Shown: positions 21,428 through 31,718 of the stretch, one piece after another
How the letters are laid out: each line of letters begins with the position of its first letter
Position numbering within the stretch: the first letter of the stretch is position 1
From: an uncultured Collinsella sp.
GTDB taxonomy: Bacteria; Actinomycetota; Coriobacteriia; Coriobacteriales; Coriobacteriaceae
Reading direction: 5' to 3'
Length of the DNA stretch: 64,000 bases
Assembly (NCBI GenBank): GCA_959020035.1
Contig: CAUEQX010000001.1
Coordinates: forward strand, 409 to 64,408
Translations under genes and position numbers: made by a program
Notes under the pieces: model-generated
Database searches by the model: none
What the model saw: the letters and a program-made list of their open reading frames with translations, nothing else
Told to the model about the DNA's origin: nothing

Positions 21428-22843
21428 CTAGAGCGTTTGGAGTAGAGCGACGAGGAAGCGGATGCCCTGGAGGTAGGCGCGGCGGGTGATGCGCTCGTTG
21501 GTGCCGTGGACGCCGCGATCACACTCGTCGTCATCAGCCACAAAGGCCGAGAAGCGAATGCACTCAGGGCAAATGTGCTGGTAGTTGGCAGCGTCGGTCG
21601 CACCGATCACGGTCGAGGGCACAATTGCCACTGGCTCGAATGATCCATTTTCCTCCGTCCCCTTTGGATCACGGAAATAGCGGGCGGCGATGGAGCGAAC
21701 CGCCTCGAGGCCGGGGCCACCGATGCGCAGGGACGGCGAGGGTTCGGAGCTGCCGGGGCCTAGCTCCACTTCGACACGACCGGCAAGGTCCGCCCCGGCA
21801 ACCGCCTCACGGCAGCGCGCCACAACGTCGGCCACGCTCGTGCCCTCGAGCATGCGGAAGTTGATGTTGGCCCACATATCCTGCGGCATTACGTTGGCGC
21901 CGGTGCTGCCACCCTCGATCTGCGTGGGTGCGCAGGTGGTCGTCACCAGCGGATAGAGCTTCTTGCTGGCGAGGCAATCGCGGACAATGGCGCCCCCGTT
22001 GGCGGCAATTTCATCCGCCGTGTAGAGCCCCAGCTCGACGAGCTGGGCGGCAAGCAAGTCGGTCACGCGCGTCGGCCACTCGATATCGCAGATTGCGGTG
22101 ATGGCACGGCTGAGCACCTCGAGCGACGTGCCGCCGTAGGGGTTAGAAGAATGTCCACCCTCACTCTTCGTCTTGAGCACGATATCGGCATAGCCCTTCT
22201 CCGCGAGGTCGGCGTGCATGAGCCAACCCTCGCCCGCGCTGTACTCGGCATCCGAAACGATGCGGTAGTCGCCCTCGTCGATCAGGAACTCGAGCTCAAC
22301 ACCGCGCTCCTCGAGCGCGCGGCCGATGGCGCCTGCACCGTACTGCGTTGTCTCCTCGTCCTGGCCAAAGGCCAGGAACAGCGTGCGCTCGTGCTGCCAA
22401 CCGTGCGCCAGCGCATACTCGACAGCCTCGAGAATGCCTGCGACCTGGTCCTTCATGTCGATCGCTCCACGGCCCCAGATGTAGGTGTCGTCCACGTGCC
22501 CGCTAAAGGGGGCGTGCGTCCAGTCGGCCTCGGTACCCGGCACCACGGGGACCACGTCCATGTGGCCCATGAGCATAACGGGCTTGAGGGCAGGGTCGGA
22601 ACCGCTAAGTGTCACCAATAGCGAATGGTCGATAAGCTCGACCTCGCCCGCCGCAAATACGTGCGGCCAGGCCTGCTGCATATAGGCGCGCAGGTCGTCG
22701 AACGGCTGCCAGTCCACCGCCTCGGCATCCATGCTCGAGATGGTCGGAAACGACAGCACGCGCCCCAGGCGCTCGCACGCGCCAGTTTCATCCAAATCGG
22801 CAAAATCATCCTCATGCGCAAAGAAGCGCCAAACCTCGGCCAT
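21428..22843 (-). CDS. M20 family metallo-amidohydrolase (carboxypeptidase S/PM20D1-like)
   Basis: GHMDVVP, WGRGAIDMK, QDEE, DEG, GGHSS, GATD, HGTNERI. Confidence 0.88.
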   Translation of the reverse strand: MAEVWRFFAHEDDFADLDETGACERLGRVLSFPTISSMDAEAVDWQPFDDLRAYMQQAWPHVFAAGEVELIDHSLLVTLSGSDPALKPVMLMGHMDVVPVVPGTEADWTHAPFSGHVDDTYIWGRGAIDMKDQVAGILEAVEYALAHGWQHERTLFLAFGQDEETTQYGAGAIGRALEERGVELEFLIDEGDYRIVSDAEYSAGEGWLMHADLAEKGYADIVLKTKSEGGHSSNPYGGTSLEVLSRAITAICDIEWPTRVTDLLAAQLVELGLYTADEIAANGGAIVRDCLASKKLYPLVTTTCAPTQIEGGSTGANVMPQDMWANINFRMLEGTSVADVVARCREAVAGADLAGRVEVELGPGSSEPSPSLRIGGPGLEAVRSIAARYFRDPKGTEENGSFEPVAIVPSTVIGATDAANYQHICPECIRFSAFVADDDECDRGVHGTNERITRRAYLQGIRFLVALLQTL

Positions 22844-22915
22844 GACATCCTTTCGATTGTGATGACGAGGGCCGCCCCACCGGAGCGGCCCTGCCACGTA
22901 AGCGTTTGCGGTCGG

Positions 22916-23701
22916 TTATTTGTCCTCGAGATAACGCGAGAGGAACTCGCGAGTGCGCTGGTGCTTGGGGTTGCCGAAGAGCTCGGCCGGCGCGGCATCC
23001 TCGAGCACCACGCCCTTGTCCATAAAGACCACGCGGTCGGACACGGTTCGGGCAAAGGCCATCTCGTGCGTGACGACGACCATGGTCATGCCGTCGGCAG
23101 CGAGCTTGCGCATGACCTCGAGCCCCTCTCCCACGATCTCGGGGTCGAGTGCGGAGGTCGGCTCGTCGAACAGCATGATCTGCGGATTCATGCACAGGGC
23201 GCGCGCGATGGCCACGCGCTGCTTTTGGCCACCGGATAGGCGGCCCACGGCGGCGTGCGCGAACTTTTCGAGCCCCACGCTCGTCAGATGCTCCATCGCG
23301 ACCTTCTCGGCCTCGGCCTTGCTCATCTTTTTGAGCGTGACGGGCGCGAGCGTGCAGTTGTCGAGCACATCCATGTTGTTGAACAGGTTAAAGCCCTGGA
23401 ACACCATGCCGATGTCCTCACGCAGCTTGTTAATGTTGCAGCGCTCGGCCGTAAGGTCCTGGCCGTGAAACCAGATATGGCCCGCGTCCGGAGTCTCGAG
23501 CAGGTTGAGGCAGCGCAGGAAGGTCGACTTGCCCGAGCCCGAGGCGCCGATAATGGTAACGACCTCGCCGGGGTTAACGGACAGGTCGATGCCCTTAAGC
23601 ACCTCGAGCGAGCCAAAGCTCTTGCGCAGGCCCTCGACGCGGATAAGCGGCTCATTGGTCTGTGCGGCGGCCGCGGTGCCGGTAGTGGCGATATCTGCCA
23701 T
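22916..23701 (-). CDS. Polar amino-acid ABC transporter ATP-binding protein
   Basis: [34 protein letters not shown]. Confidence 0.95.
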   Translation of the reverse strand: MADIATTGTAAAAQTNEPLIRVEGLRKSFGSLEVLKGIDLSVNPGEVVTIIGASGSGKSTFLRCLNLLETPDAGHIWFHGQDLTAERCNINKLREDIGMVFQGFNLFNNMDVLDNCTLAPVTLKKMSKAEAEKVAMEHLTSVGLEKFAHAAVGRLSGGQKQRVAIARALCMNPQIMLFDEPTSALDPEIVGEGLEVMRKLAADGMTMVVVTHEMAFARTVSDRVVFMDKGVVLEDAAPAELFGNPKHQRTREFLSRYLEDK

Positions 23702-23723
23702 GATGATTCTCCTCGTCTTGAGC

Positions 23724-24872
23724 CTAGTTGGAGCTGGGCAGCGTTGCCGGGGCCTCGGCGCCGAGCTTTTTGCCAAAGGCCTCGAGCAGGCGGCTCGCCA
23801 CGAGCGTCAGGATCAGGTAGACCACGAGCGCCACGCAGTAGACCTCCATCTGGCGGTAGTACACGCCGGCGACGGTGGTGGTGGCGTACATGAGGTCGAA
23901 CACGCCGATGACCGAAAGCACCGACGAATCCTTGATGTTGATGATGAGCTCGTTGGTGAGTGCGGGGATCGCGTTTTTAATACCCTGGGGGAACACGACC
24001 TTGCGCATGGCCTGCCACTGCGACAGACCCAGCGAGCGCGCCGCCTCGGCCTGGCCGGGATCGATGGACTCGATGCCGCCGCGCAGGACCTCCATCATGT
24101 AGGCGGTGGAGTTGAGCGAGATGGTGACGAGACCGGCGGTGAAGGTACTCCAAATCTGGTTGGCCTGGGCGGTCTCGAAGCCCATGCCGCGCAAAACGGT
24201 GAAGCCCGCGTAATAGATGAGCAGGCCCTGGACCATCATGGGCGTGCCGCGCACGATGGTAGAGTAGACGGCCGCAAAGCCGCGGCCGATGCTCTTAAAG
24301 AAGCGCACCAGATCGTTATCCACGCGGTCGAACGTCTGAATACGCAGGAACACAAAGAGCAGCGCCAGGAAAAAGGCGATGACGGTACCGAAGGTCGCAA
24401 GTGCGATGGTGATCTCGATGCCGCGGATAAAGAAGTCGCCGCTCTTGTAGGTCATGTAGACCAGGCTCGACAAAAAGTCGCTGGGGTTGGAATCCGAGAC
24501 AACGCTCACCTGCACCAGGTCGATAAATGACATGACGCAGCGGTCGATAAAGAAGATCGCCGCGATGGCGACCACGACGTAGCTGCCTAAGCGTGCGCCA
24601 CGACGGAAGCGCTCGGATGCGAACGGCGACGCCTCGCGATAGTCGTTCCAGTGCATGAGCTTGGCGACCAGCGCCGCCGCCGACACGACGAGCCAGGCCC
24701 AAAGGATTGCCCAGAGGCAGTCTTGGAACACGCCCGTAGGCGCCAAGAAGCTCAGTGGCGTGGGGTTGCGCTGACTAAACGCCAGGCCGAGCGCCGCGAT
24801 AACGCTCGTGCCCAGGTACACGTAACGGTGGTCGGCCTTGATAAAGGAGGCCAGACGATTGATGGTTTTCAT
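23724..24872 (-). CDS. Polar amino-acid ABC transporter permease (N-terminally extended)
   Basis: [17 protein letters not shown] (EAA loop), IKDSS. Confidence 0.93.
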   Translation of the reverse strand: MKTINRLASFIKADHRYVYLGTSVIAALGLAFSQRNPTPLSFLAPTGVFQDCLWAILWAWLVVSAAALVAKLMHWNDYREASPFASERFRRGARLGSYVVVAIAAIFFIDRCVMSFIDLVQVSVVSDSNPSDFLSSLVYMTYKSGDFFIRGIEITIALATFGTVIAFFLALLFVFLRIQTFDRVDNDLVRFFKSIGRGFAAVYSTIVRGTPMMVQGLLIYYAGFTVLRGMGFETAQANQIWSTFTAGLVTISLNSTAYMMEVLRGGIESIDPGQAEAARSLGLSQWQAMRKVVFPQGIKNAIPALTNELIINIKDSSVLSVIGVFDLMYATTTVAGVYYRQMEVYCVALVVYLILTLVASRLLEAFGKKLGAEAPATLPSSN

Positions 24873-24881
24873 GCTGCCTCC

Positions 24882-25808
24882 CTATGCCGGCTGACGATCG
24901 AGGCACGCGTCCCACATTTGGTCGCGTTCCTCTTGGCTAATGCCCTTGAGTGTCTTGTCGATGAGTTTAAGCAGCTTGTCCGAGCCCTTGCGACAGCCGA
25001 CGTTTGCCGCGACCTCCTGCTTAAAGCCCTCGCCCTCGGCAAAATGAATAGGGACGATACCCGGGTTTTGGGCCATATAGCCCTTCTCGTTCTCGGTGTT
25101 GTAGGTCACGGCGTCGCAGGTACCCTGCAGCAGGTTCGAGAACACCGTGGGGACCGAATCGACCGGGTTCTTGTGTACAACGCCCGGGATCTCGTCGATG
25201 ACGGTATCGAGCATGGTGTCCTTTTGGCCGAGCACCGTGGCACCGCTAAAGTCGCTAAGCTTGGTGGCGTTTTGGTAGGGTGAGCCCTCTTTTACGAATA
25301 GGCCAAAGTAGCCAATGAAGTACGGGTCGGAGAAGCCGACCGACTCTTCGCGCTCGGGCGTGGCGCTCATACCGGCGATGATGAGGTCGATCTGGCCGTT
25401 GTTGAGCGAATCGATAAGACCCGAGAAGCTCTGCTTGACGGCAACGGGCTCGCCACCGAGGGCTTTGCAGACGATCTTGGCGATCTGCACGTCGTAGCCA
25501 TCGGAATAGGCACCCTGCACGTTGTCGATGGGGATGGTGTATTCACTGGCTTCGGAAACCTGCCAGTTGTACGGGGCGTAGGCCGCCTCCATGCCGATGC
25601 GGATCTTATCCTTGCCGATCACGGAATCGGACAGGTCGTCGCGACCGCCGCCCGTCGTGGGCTGAACCACCTTGAGCGTGGACGGGCGCTGACAGCCGGC
25701 GAGCGCGCCGGCGACGACGGAAGCGCTCGCAGCGAGAGCGCTACCCAAAAAGATGCGACGGCTGCATACCGGCTGGGTCTGCGCATCGCACTGTTGGGGA
25801 GAATGCAT
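24882..25808 (-). CDS. Amino-acid ABC substrate-binding lipoprotein (SBP family 3), Tat-like signal
   Basis: SRRIFL twin-Arg motif plus LAGC lipobox; GMEAAYAPYNW, GYDV, AGMSATPER. Confidence 0.9.
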   Translation of the reverse strand: MHSPQQCDAQTQPVCSRRIFLGSALAASASVVAGALAGCQRPSTLKVVQPTTGGGRDDLSDSVIGKDKIRIGMEAAYAPYNWQVSEASEYTIPIDNVQGAYSDGYDVQIAKIVCKALGGEPVAVKQSFSGLIDSLNNGQIDLIIAGMSATPEREESVGFSDPYFIGYFGLFVKEGSPYQNATKLSDFSGATVLGQKDTMLDTVIDEIPGVVHKNPVDSVPTVFSNLLQGTCDAVTYNTENEKGYMAQNPGIVPIHFAEGEGFKQEVAANVGCRKGSDKLLKLIDKTLKGISQEERDQMWDACLDRQPA

Positions 25809-25928
25809 AATCTGCCTTCCCTGTTGAATCGTATGCTGACGACTTAACAGGATACCGCTCAGCGCTACCTCCAGCAAATGCATATATAAATGCATATATG
25901 CAAGTTTACGAACTGAAAACGATTGGTG

Positions 25929-25982
25929 GTCGTTGGGGACGTTCTTAAACGACTAGTCAAACAAGAACGTCCCCAACGACTA
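25929..25982. repeat. Inverted doublet of family-1 REP-like units
   Basis: GTCGTTGGGGACGTTCTT...AAGAACGTCCCCAACGAC 18-bp perfect inverted repeat; near identical to 33157-33210. Confidence 0.85.
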
Positions 25983-25983
25983 G

Positions 25984-26101
25984 GCATGAAAAAGGCAAGG
26001 CATAGACCTTCTGGTCATACCTTGCCTTTTGAATGACAAATTGTCGCTCTGGGTGGCGCGCAGCGTTGACCGGTCCGCCGTTCGTTAGAACGGCGGAACC
26101 T
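25984..26101 (+). repeat. Dispersed structured element, copy C (left-truncated, divergent)
   Basis: TGAAA..GACCTTCTGGTC..TTGAA..ATTGTC..GCAGCGT..terminal hairpin CCGCCGTTC/GAACGGCGG; ends 1 nt from the stop at 26102. Confidence 0.7.
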
Positions 26102-26995
26102 CTAGAACAAGGTGACGCTAAAGCTACGTTTATCGGTAGCGCCGGGGGCCAGGGTGATGGTGTTGGCCTTGTGCTCAAAGACGTCGTCCTCGGTGTCCAT
26201 GGTGGTGTGACCGGTCCAGGGCTCGAGCGCCACAAACGGAGCGTCGTTGGCGGCAGACCACACGCCGATGTACTTAAAGCCCTCAAAGTCGATCTTGACG
26301 CCGTGGCCCGACTTGCGGCCGCGCAGCGTGAGCGTGGAGCCCGGGGTATCGGTGAACATGATGGCGTCGTTATCGAAGCTGCGGTGCGTGATGGGCAGCA
26401 CGTCCGAGTTATCGGGAGCCTTGTAACTACCCTCGAACGTCATAAGACCGTCGGGCGTGATGATGGGAGCCTCGTTAGTCCAAGCCTCGGTAAACGCCAG
26501 CTCGTAATCCTCGAATGCCTCGTCCTCAGCACCGGGAGCCGGTACGTTAAACGCAGGGTGGCCGCCCACCGAGAACGGCAGGTCCACGTCGCCGGTATTG
26601 GTGACGGCAAAGGTCTGCGTGAGGGTGGCGTCGCCGGTCAAGGCATAGGTCATGTTGAGCTTAAAGTGGAACGGGAACGCCTTGAGCGACTCGGGCGTAT
26701 CGGTAATCTCGTACGTTACCGAGGAGCCGTCCTCCGAAACCTCGACCAGCTTGTGCTCGACAATGCGCGCGAGTCCGTGGCGCGGCATCTCGCAGGTGCC
26801 GGCCGCAGACGTTGCCGTGTTGTTGCGCAGCGAGCCCACAATAGGGAACAGGATGGGCGCGTGCTTGCCCCAAAAGACCGGGTCGCCCTGCCACAGATAC
26901 TCGTTGCCGTTGATGGCAAGGCTCGTGAGCTGGGCGCCCATGGAATCGATGGCCGCGGTGAGGCCGCCGCGCTTGATGGTAGTGACGGTAGACAT
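26102..26995 (-). CDS. Aldose 1-epimerase family protein (LacX-like)
   Basis: EYLWQGD, APILFPIVG, MPRHGLAR, GGHPAF, FVALEPW. Confidence 0.92.
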   Translation of the reverse strand: MSTVTTIKRGGLTAAIDSMGAQLTSLAINGNEYLWQGDPVFWGKHAPILFPIVGSLRNNTATSAAGTCEMPRHGLARIVEHKLVEVSEDGSSVTYEITDTPESLKAFPFHFKLNMTYALTGDATLTQTFAVTNTGDVDLPFSVGGHPAFNVPAPGAEDEAFEDYELAFTEAWTNEAPIITPDGLMTFEGSYKAPDNSDVLPITHRSFDNDAIMFTDTPGSTLTLRGRKSGHGVKIDFEGFKYIGVWSAANDAPFVALEPWTGHTTMDTEDDVFEHKANTITLAPGATDKRSFSVTLF

Positions 26996-27103
26996 GCTAC
27001 TTCCTCCAAAAGTAAACAATAGTGTCGAGGGCTATTGTCCCACTCTTGGCGGCGGGACGGCAGGCGATTATTGAGTAGCCATAGCGGAATGAGCGGCGGG
27101 CGC

Positions 27104-27973
27104 CTACTGGGTATCCACGTAAAGGTCGAACCCGCCCTGCGGCGTGGTGTCGACCGCGTCGGGCGCCTGTGAGTTAAAGCTCACGGGAACCATGCGCTTT
27201 GAGGCGCGGAAGCGCGTGCCGTCGGTGGCGGCGGGCGGTTCATCGACGGTGAGCTCGTAGTCGCCGGGCTTAAGTTCGATGCCGTCACCAGCGGAATTGA
27301 CGTATTGATACTCGTCAATCGTCTGCCCTTTGAGCGTGCGCCCCACGATGTGGATGAGCATTTGGCTGTCGCCGCGCGCGGTGTCCCACGTCGCGCCGTC
27401 CTTGACCTCGACCGACACATGTACCGAGCGCGTGCGGCCGAGCGATTGCTCGATAGACATCTCGACCTTGGCGGCGTCTTTTCGCTGTTGTTCAACATGG
27501 CTCCAGACGTTTCCAATCACCGAGCATGCGATAACGCCGGCCATGAAGGCGATAAGGATGGGGCCAAGCAGAGAGCGACGTCCTGCATCTTCCTCGCGAG
27601 ACAGATTGGGGCGACGTGTGGGCACGGGCGCCTGGGCACCCTGCGAGGGCACGTCGAGAATACTGAAGGATGCCGTGCTGTCGGGATCGATGGTATGACG
27701 CGGCTGCGGGGTCTTTGCCGGCGAGATCGACATGTCGGCTGGCTCGCCGAGCGTGGCCGTAGCGTCGGCCTTGGCCTCGTCTGCCTCGGCCTGGGCCCAA
27801 GCTTGTTCGAAGGTCAGAGGCTCGACGGGGTCGAGGGCGGCGTCCGAGTCGGCGGCGACGTCGTTGCCGGTCTCGTCCTCGTCGATCGACACGTCACGCG
27901 GCGTGGGCTCGTCCCACTCCTCGTCCGGAGCCTCACCCTCGCTATACCACCATTCAAAGTTATCGATATCCAT
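27104..27973 (-). CDS. Hypothetical membrane-anchored protein
   Basis: Acidic, probably disordered N-terminus, one TM helix, beta-rich C-terminal domain; GC3-rich codons. Confidence 0.7.
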   Translation of the reverse strand: MDIDNFEWWYSEGEAPDEEWDEPTPRDVSIDEDETGNDVAADSDAALDPVEPLTFEQAWAQAEADEAKADATATLGEPADMSISPAKTPQPRHTIDPDSTASFSILDVPSQGAQAPVPTRRPNLSREEDAGRRSLLGPILIAFMAGVIACSVIGNVWSHVEQQRKDAAKVEMSIEQSLGRTRSVHVSVEVKDGATWDTARGDSQMLIHIVGRTLKGQTIDEYQYVNSAGDGIELKPGDYELTVDEPPAATDGTRFRASKRMVPVSFNSQAPDAVDTTPQGGFDLYVDTQ

Positions 27974-28141
27974 ACGGGGCGCCCCTTAGGCCTCGCAAAT
28001 AAACACTTGCTAGCCTTATACCCCCAGACGGCACGGCGGCTCGCCGGCACAGATAGGAAAACCATCACAACATTCGACGCTTTTCCTCGTTTTCGAGATT
28101 TTCATCGAATGTTGTGACGGCTTGGGCGGCAGCCACGCCGC

Positions 28142-28176
28142 GAATGTGACAAAGAGACTGTCCCTTTGTCACATTC
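28142..28176. repeat. REP-like palindrome, family 2
   Basis: GAATGTGACAAAG-AGACTGTCC-CTTTGTCACATTC. Confidence 0.85.
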
Positions 28177-28232
28177 TGTTAGAGTTGCAGGGATTGAATC
28201 CCGCTTATTCATGCGACATTGGAGTGACAACC

Positions 28233-29486
28233 TTGACCGCCGCAACCACGCCAAAAAGTAAGTCAACCGCCGCCGCGCTCTCCCCCGCGCGCACCAAGCT
28301 CTGCCTGGCGCTGCTCGTGTTGTTAGGCTTTTCGCTCGGCTGCTCCGAGTTCGTGGTCATCGGCATCGAAAGTGACTTGGCGACGGAACTCGGCGTATCG
28401 CTTGCCACCGCAGGCCAACTTATTAGCGTGTTCGCACTGATCTACGCTATCTCGACGCCGGTGCTCGCGCTCAGCACGGGGCGTTTTCGCCGCTACCAGC
28501 TGCTCGTGTGCTACAGCATCGTCTTTGTGCTCGGCAACCTGGTCATGGCGTTGGCGCCCAACTTCCAGGTGCTGTTCATCTCGCGCATCATCCTGGGCTC
28601 CGTCTCGGGCGCACTGCTCGCCGTGGGCGTGACGTACATCCCCGAGCTTCTGTCTCCGCAGCAAACTTCGCTTGCCATCTCGGTGGTATATGGTGCGTTT
28701 TCCGTGGCAATGGTCTTTGTCACTTCGATCGGCAAGTTTGTGGCCGACACGCTCGACTGGCACGTGGCCATGTACGGCACGCTAACCTTTGCCGTTCTGA
28801 TCTGCGGAGCGCTCGTGGCGTTTATGCCGCGCGCTGGGCAAACCGACGAGCCCGCCACCTTTCGCGAGCAGGCGGGTCTGCTACGCGAGCCGAGCATCAT
28901 CACCGGTATGCTCATCTTCTTGTTTGGCGTGGGATCGGTCTATGTGTTCTACGGCTACGTGACGCCCTTTCTGGAGCAAGTGTTGGGTATGGGTACGGTC
29001 GAAGCCAGCACCACGCTCATGGCCTACGGCGCGTTCTGCCTGGTTTCGAACATCCTGGGCGGATGGATTGACGCGCGCTTTGGCATGAAGGCGCTACTCG
29101 TGACGTTTGTGCTGCAGGCTGCAGCGTTACTCGGACTGTTTGCTGTGGGCGGCACCATGCCGCTCGCGCTGGTCTTTGTCTTTAGCTTGGCGCTACTCAT
29201 GTACCTGTTCTCGGTGTCGTGCATCACGCACTTTATGGACGTGGCACGCAGCCGCCATCCCAAGTCGATGGTACTCGCAAGTTCGGTTGAGCCCATGGCG
29301 TTTAACGTCGGCATTTCGTTTGGCACCGCGGTGGGCGGCGCCGTGGTAAGCAGCGTTGGCATTGCGTACGTGGGCGCAGTGGGCGCCGCGTTCTCGCTTG
29401 TGGCCTGGGCCCTCACGCTGGTGACGATTAAGCTGGCTCGCTGGGAGCGCCGTCGTCAATCAGCACAGCTCCGGATGCAGGCATAG
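28233..29486 (+). CDS. MFS transporter (DHA1/AraJ-like)
   Basis: About 12 hydrophobic segments, SEFVVIG, GQLISVFAL, GGWIDARFG; probable TTG start after GGAG. Confidence 0.88.
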   Translation: MTAATTPKSKSTAAALSPARTKLCLALLVLLGFSLGCSEFVVIGIESDLATELGVSLATAGQLISVFALIYAISTPVLALSTGRFRRYQLLVCYSIVFVLGNLVMALAPNFQVLFISRIILGSVSGALLAVGVTYIPELLSPQQTSLAISVVYGAFSVAMVFVTSIGKFVADTLDWHVAMYGTLTFAVLICGALVAFMPRAGQTDEPATFREQAGLLREPSIITGMLIFLFGVGSVYVFYGYVTPFLEQVLGMGTVEASTTLMAYGAFCLVSNILGGWIDARFGMKALLVTFVLQAAALLGLFAVGGTMPLALVFVFSLALLMYLFSVSCITHFMDVARSRHPKSMVLASSVEPMAFNVGISFGTAVGGAVVSSVGIAYVGAVGAAFSLVAWALTLVTIKLARWERRRQSAQLRMQA

Positions 29487-29794
29487 GAGCGAACATAGCC
29501 CAAGGTGGCGAGCAACCGGTGAAAACCGTCCCATACAAGTAGTGTTTATCCGCCTGGAAGCTTCAGCAGTGCAATTTCGTGTATTTCAGATACACGTTTT
29601 TCTTCGATTTCATGTATCTGGAACACATGAAATCTTGAGCACCCCTGTCTTCGTGGAAAACGTTTTTGCCCGCTTTACATCAGACGATGGGCGTGAGCTG
29701 CGTCATCCTCCACTCTGCGCAGTTGGCTTCATTGGAAAGGGCTGTGTTACAGTGCCACCGCAGGCCGTACGGCCCTGTCTAGAAAGGAAACCCT

Positions 29795-30241
29795 GTGCAA
29801 CGCGTACTGTTTATCTGCCATGGCAACATCTGTCGCTCGACGATGGCTGAGTCGGTGTTTACCGAGTTGGTGCGCCGCGCCGGGCGCGAGGGCGAATTTG
29901 TCATCGATTCCGCTGCGACCTCGACCGAGGAGATTGGCAACCCGCCGCATCATGGCACGGTCGCCAAGCTGCGCGAAGTCGGGATTCCCGTCGTCGCACA
30001 TCGTGCACGTCAGGTGCGTCGCGCGGAGTATGGCGACTGGGACCATATTGTCTATATGGATGCTGAGAACGCGCGTGGCCTGCGTCGCATCTTTGGCGAC
30101 GACCCTGACGGCAAGATTACGCGCTTGCTCGATTGGACTGATCGCCCCGGCGACGTGGCCGATCCCTGGTACACCGGCAATTTCGATGCCACCTACCGCG
30201 ACGTGATCGCCGGCTGCACCGCCATGCTCGAGCAGCTGTAG
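29795..30241 (+). CDS. Low molecular weight protein-tyrosine phosphatase
   Basis: CHGNICRS P-loop and DPWY. Confidence 0.95.
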   Translation: MQRVLFICHGNICRSTMAESVFTELVRRAGREGEFVIDSAATSTEEIGNPPHHGTVAKLREVGIPVVAHRARQVRRAEYGDWDHIVYMDAENARGLRRIFGDDPDGKITRLLDWTDRPGDVADPWYTGNFDATYRDVIAGCTAMLEQL

Positions 30242-30291
30242 GTTCGTGGGCGCACGAACCACGCTCTAAACGGGAGAAAATCCACGCTCAT

Positions 30292-30324
30292 GAATGTGAC
30301 AAAGGAACTGCCCCTTTGTCACAT
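30292..30324. repeat. REP-like palindrome, family 2
   Basis: ATGTGACAAAGG-AACTGCC-CCTTTGTCACAT. Confidence 0.85.
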
Positions 30325-30336
30325 CCGGGACTGGCC

Positions 30337-31698
30337 CTAGACCGGCTTGACCTCCAGCTTTATCCCCTCGGCGCAGGAGCCGCCCAAAACATCCGAAAGG
30401 GCCCAGGTCGCATATAGCGGCAAATAGAGAACCGCTCCGTTGCGCTCAACGTTGCCTCTCGAGAAAACAATCCCGAGCCTTACGCCATATTCAGCCGTAT
30501 CAAGCACATGACCGAGCGCAGCGTGCGCGTGGTAATAGGAGCCCGATTTAACCTCGATCGGAACAGCCGTCCCATCCGGTCCATCGACCACAAAGTCCAC
30601 TTCACCGCGCTTTTTTGTCTGATAGTAGTAAAGCTGGCGATTTTGGACAGCCAGCTGCTGGGCCACCACGTTTTCGTAAATGCCGCTCAGATTGGGCTCC
30701 TTGCTATCAAGATACGCCGCTTGGGCGACTCCAACGGGGTAGCGCGCCATCAACATGCCCGTATCCGATTGATATAGCTTGAACTGCGATGACCGTGCCG
30801 TCTTGAGCAGGGGCGATTTTGGCTCGGTTACGATATCGGCTTTGAGAGCAACGCCGGCATCGACAAGCCATACAAAATCTCGCTGATACTTCTCGTAGTA
30901 AGCCTTGGGGTCAATGGAATTGAGCACGAAGCGCTTGTTTTCGCCCTCGAGCATAATAGGGAGCTGATCGTAGATGCTCTGCACCTGAAGGGCTCGCCCG
31001 CTTGCATACTTGGAGATATCCCGCCGGTACTGTTCGTTGAGCTCTGACTGTAGCTGACGAACAGAGGCAAGGTCGCCCTGCGTGTCAAGGAAACGCTGCA
31101 CGACCTCCGGCATTCCGCCGACAACGGTATAGGTCCTGAAGTTTGCCATCATCGCGTCATGAATGTAATCAGGAATGGGCCTCTCGCTGATACACGCGTC
31201 ACGTATCGTTTGGCGAGCCCCCTCGCTCACCCCGATTGCCCAGCAAAACTCCTCAAAATCGAGCGGGAACATCCTAAGCTCGTGAACATACCCCACGGGA
31301 TAGGACCTGACGCCCTTGAACTGAGTCCCGAGCATTGACCCCGAAAACGCCCAGCGGCACCTCCCGTCCTCAACAAGGAACTTTGCCATCGTCATGATGT
31401 CGGGGGCCTCTTGGACCTCATCGATAAACACGAGCGTTTTGCCTGGCGCAATCGACTTTCCCGAAAGAAGCGTCACCCTGCTGATGAAATCATCGGCATT
31501 CCGCGCCTCGAGAAGAGCATCTTTTGCCTGGCGGTTTTCCATGAGGTTAAGCTCGATGTAGGTTGCATGGCTGGCTTTGCCAAATGCGCGAATCGAATAG
31601 CTTTTGCCGATCTGGCGAGAACCCGTGATGAATAAGGCCTTTTGCTCGGCAGACTTCAGCCAACGCTCCAGCTCTGCCGCTATTTTCCTGCGCAGCAT
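30337..31698 (-). CDS. AAA+ ATPase with C-terminal DUF4143/nuclease-like domain
   Basis: GSRQIGKS Walker A, FIDEVQ Walker B, GGMPE, KLYQSDTG, EVDFV...PIEVKS. Confidence 0.88.
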   Translation of the reverse strand: MLRRKIAAELERWLKSAEQKALFITGSRQIGKSYSIRAFGKASHATYIELNLMENRQAKDALLEARNADDFISRVTLLSGKSIAPGKTLVFIDEVQEAPDIMTMAKFLVEDGRCRWAFSGSMLGTQFKGVRSYPVGYVHELRMFPLDFEEFCWAIGVSEGARQTIRDACISERPIPDYIHDAMMANFRTYTVVGGMPEVVQRFLDTQGDLASVRQLQSELNEQYRRDISKYASGRALQVQSIYDQLPIMLEGENKRFVLNSIDPKAYYEKYQRDFVWLVDAGVALKADIVTEPKSPLLKTARSSQFKLYQSDTGMLMARYPVGVAQAAYLDSKEPNLSGIYENVVAQQLAVQNRQLYYYQTKKRGEVDFVVDGPDGTAVPIEVKSGSYYHAHAALGHVLDTAEYGVRLGIVFSRGNVERNGAVLYLPLYATWALSDVLGGSCAEGIKLEVKPV

Positions 31699-31718
31699 AG
31701 GCTCTCTCCTCAGTGTCA

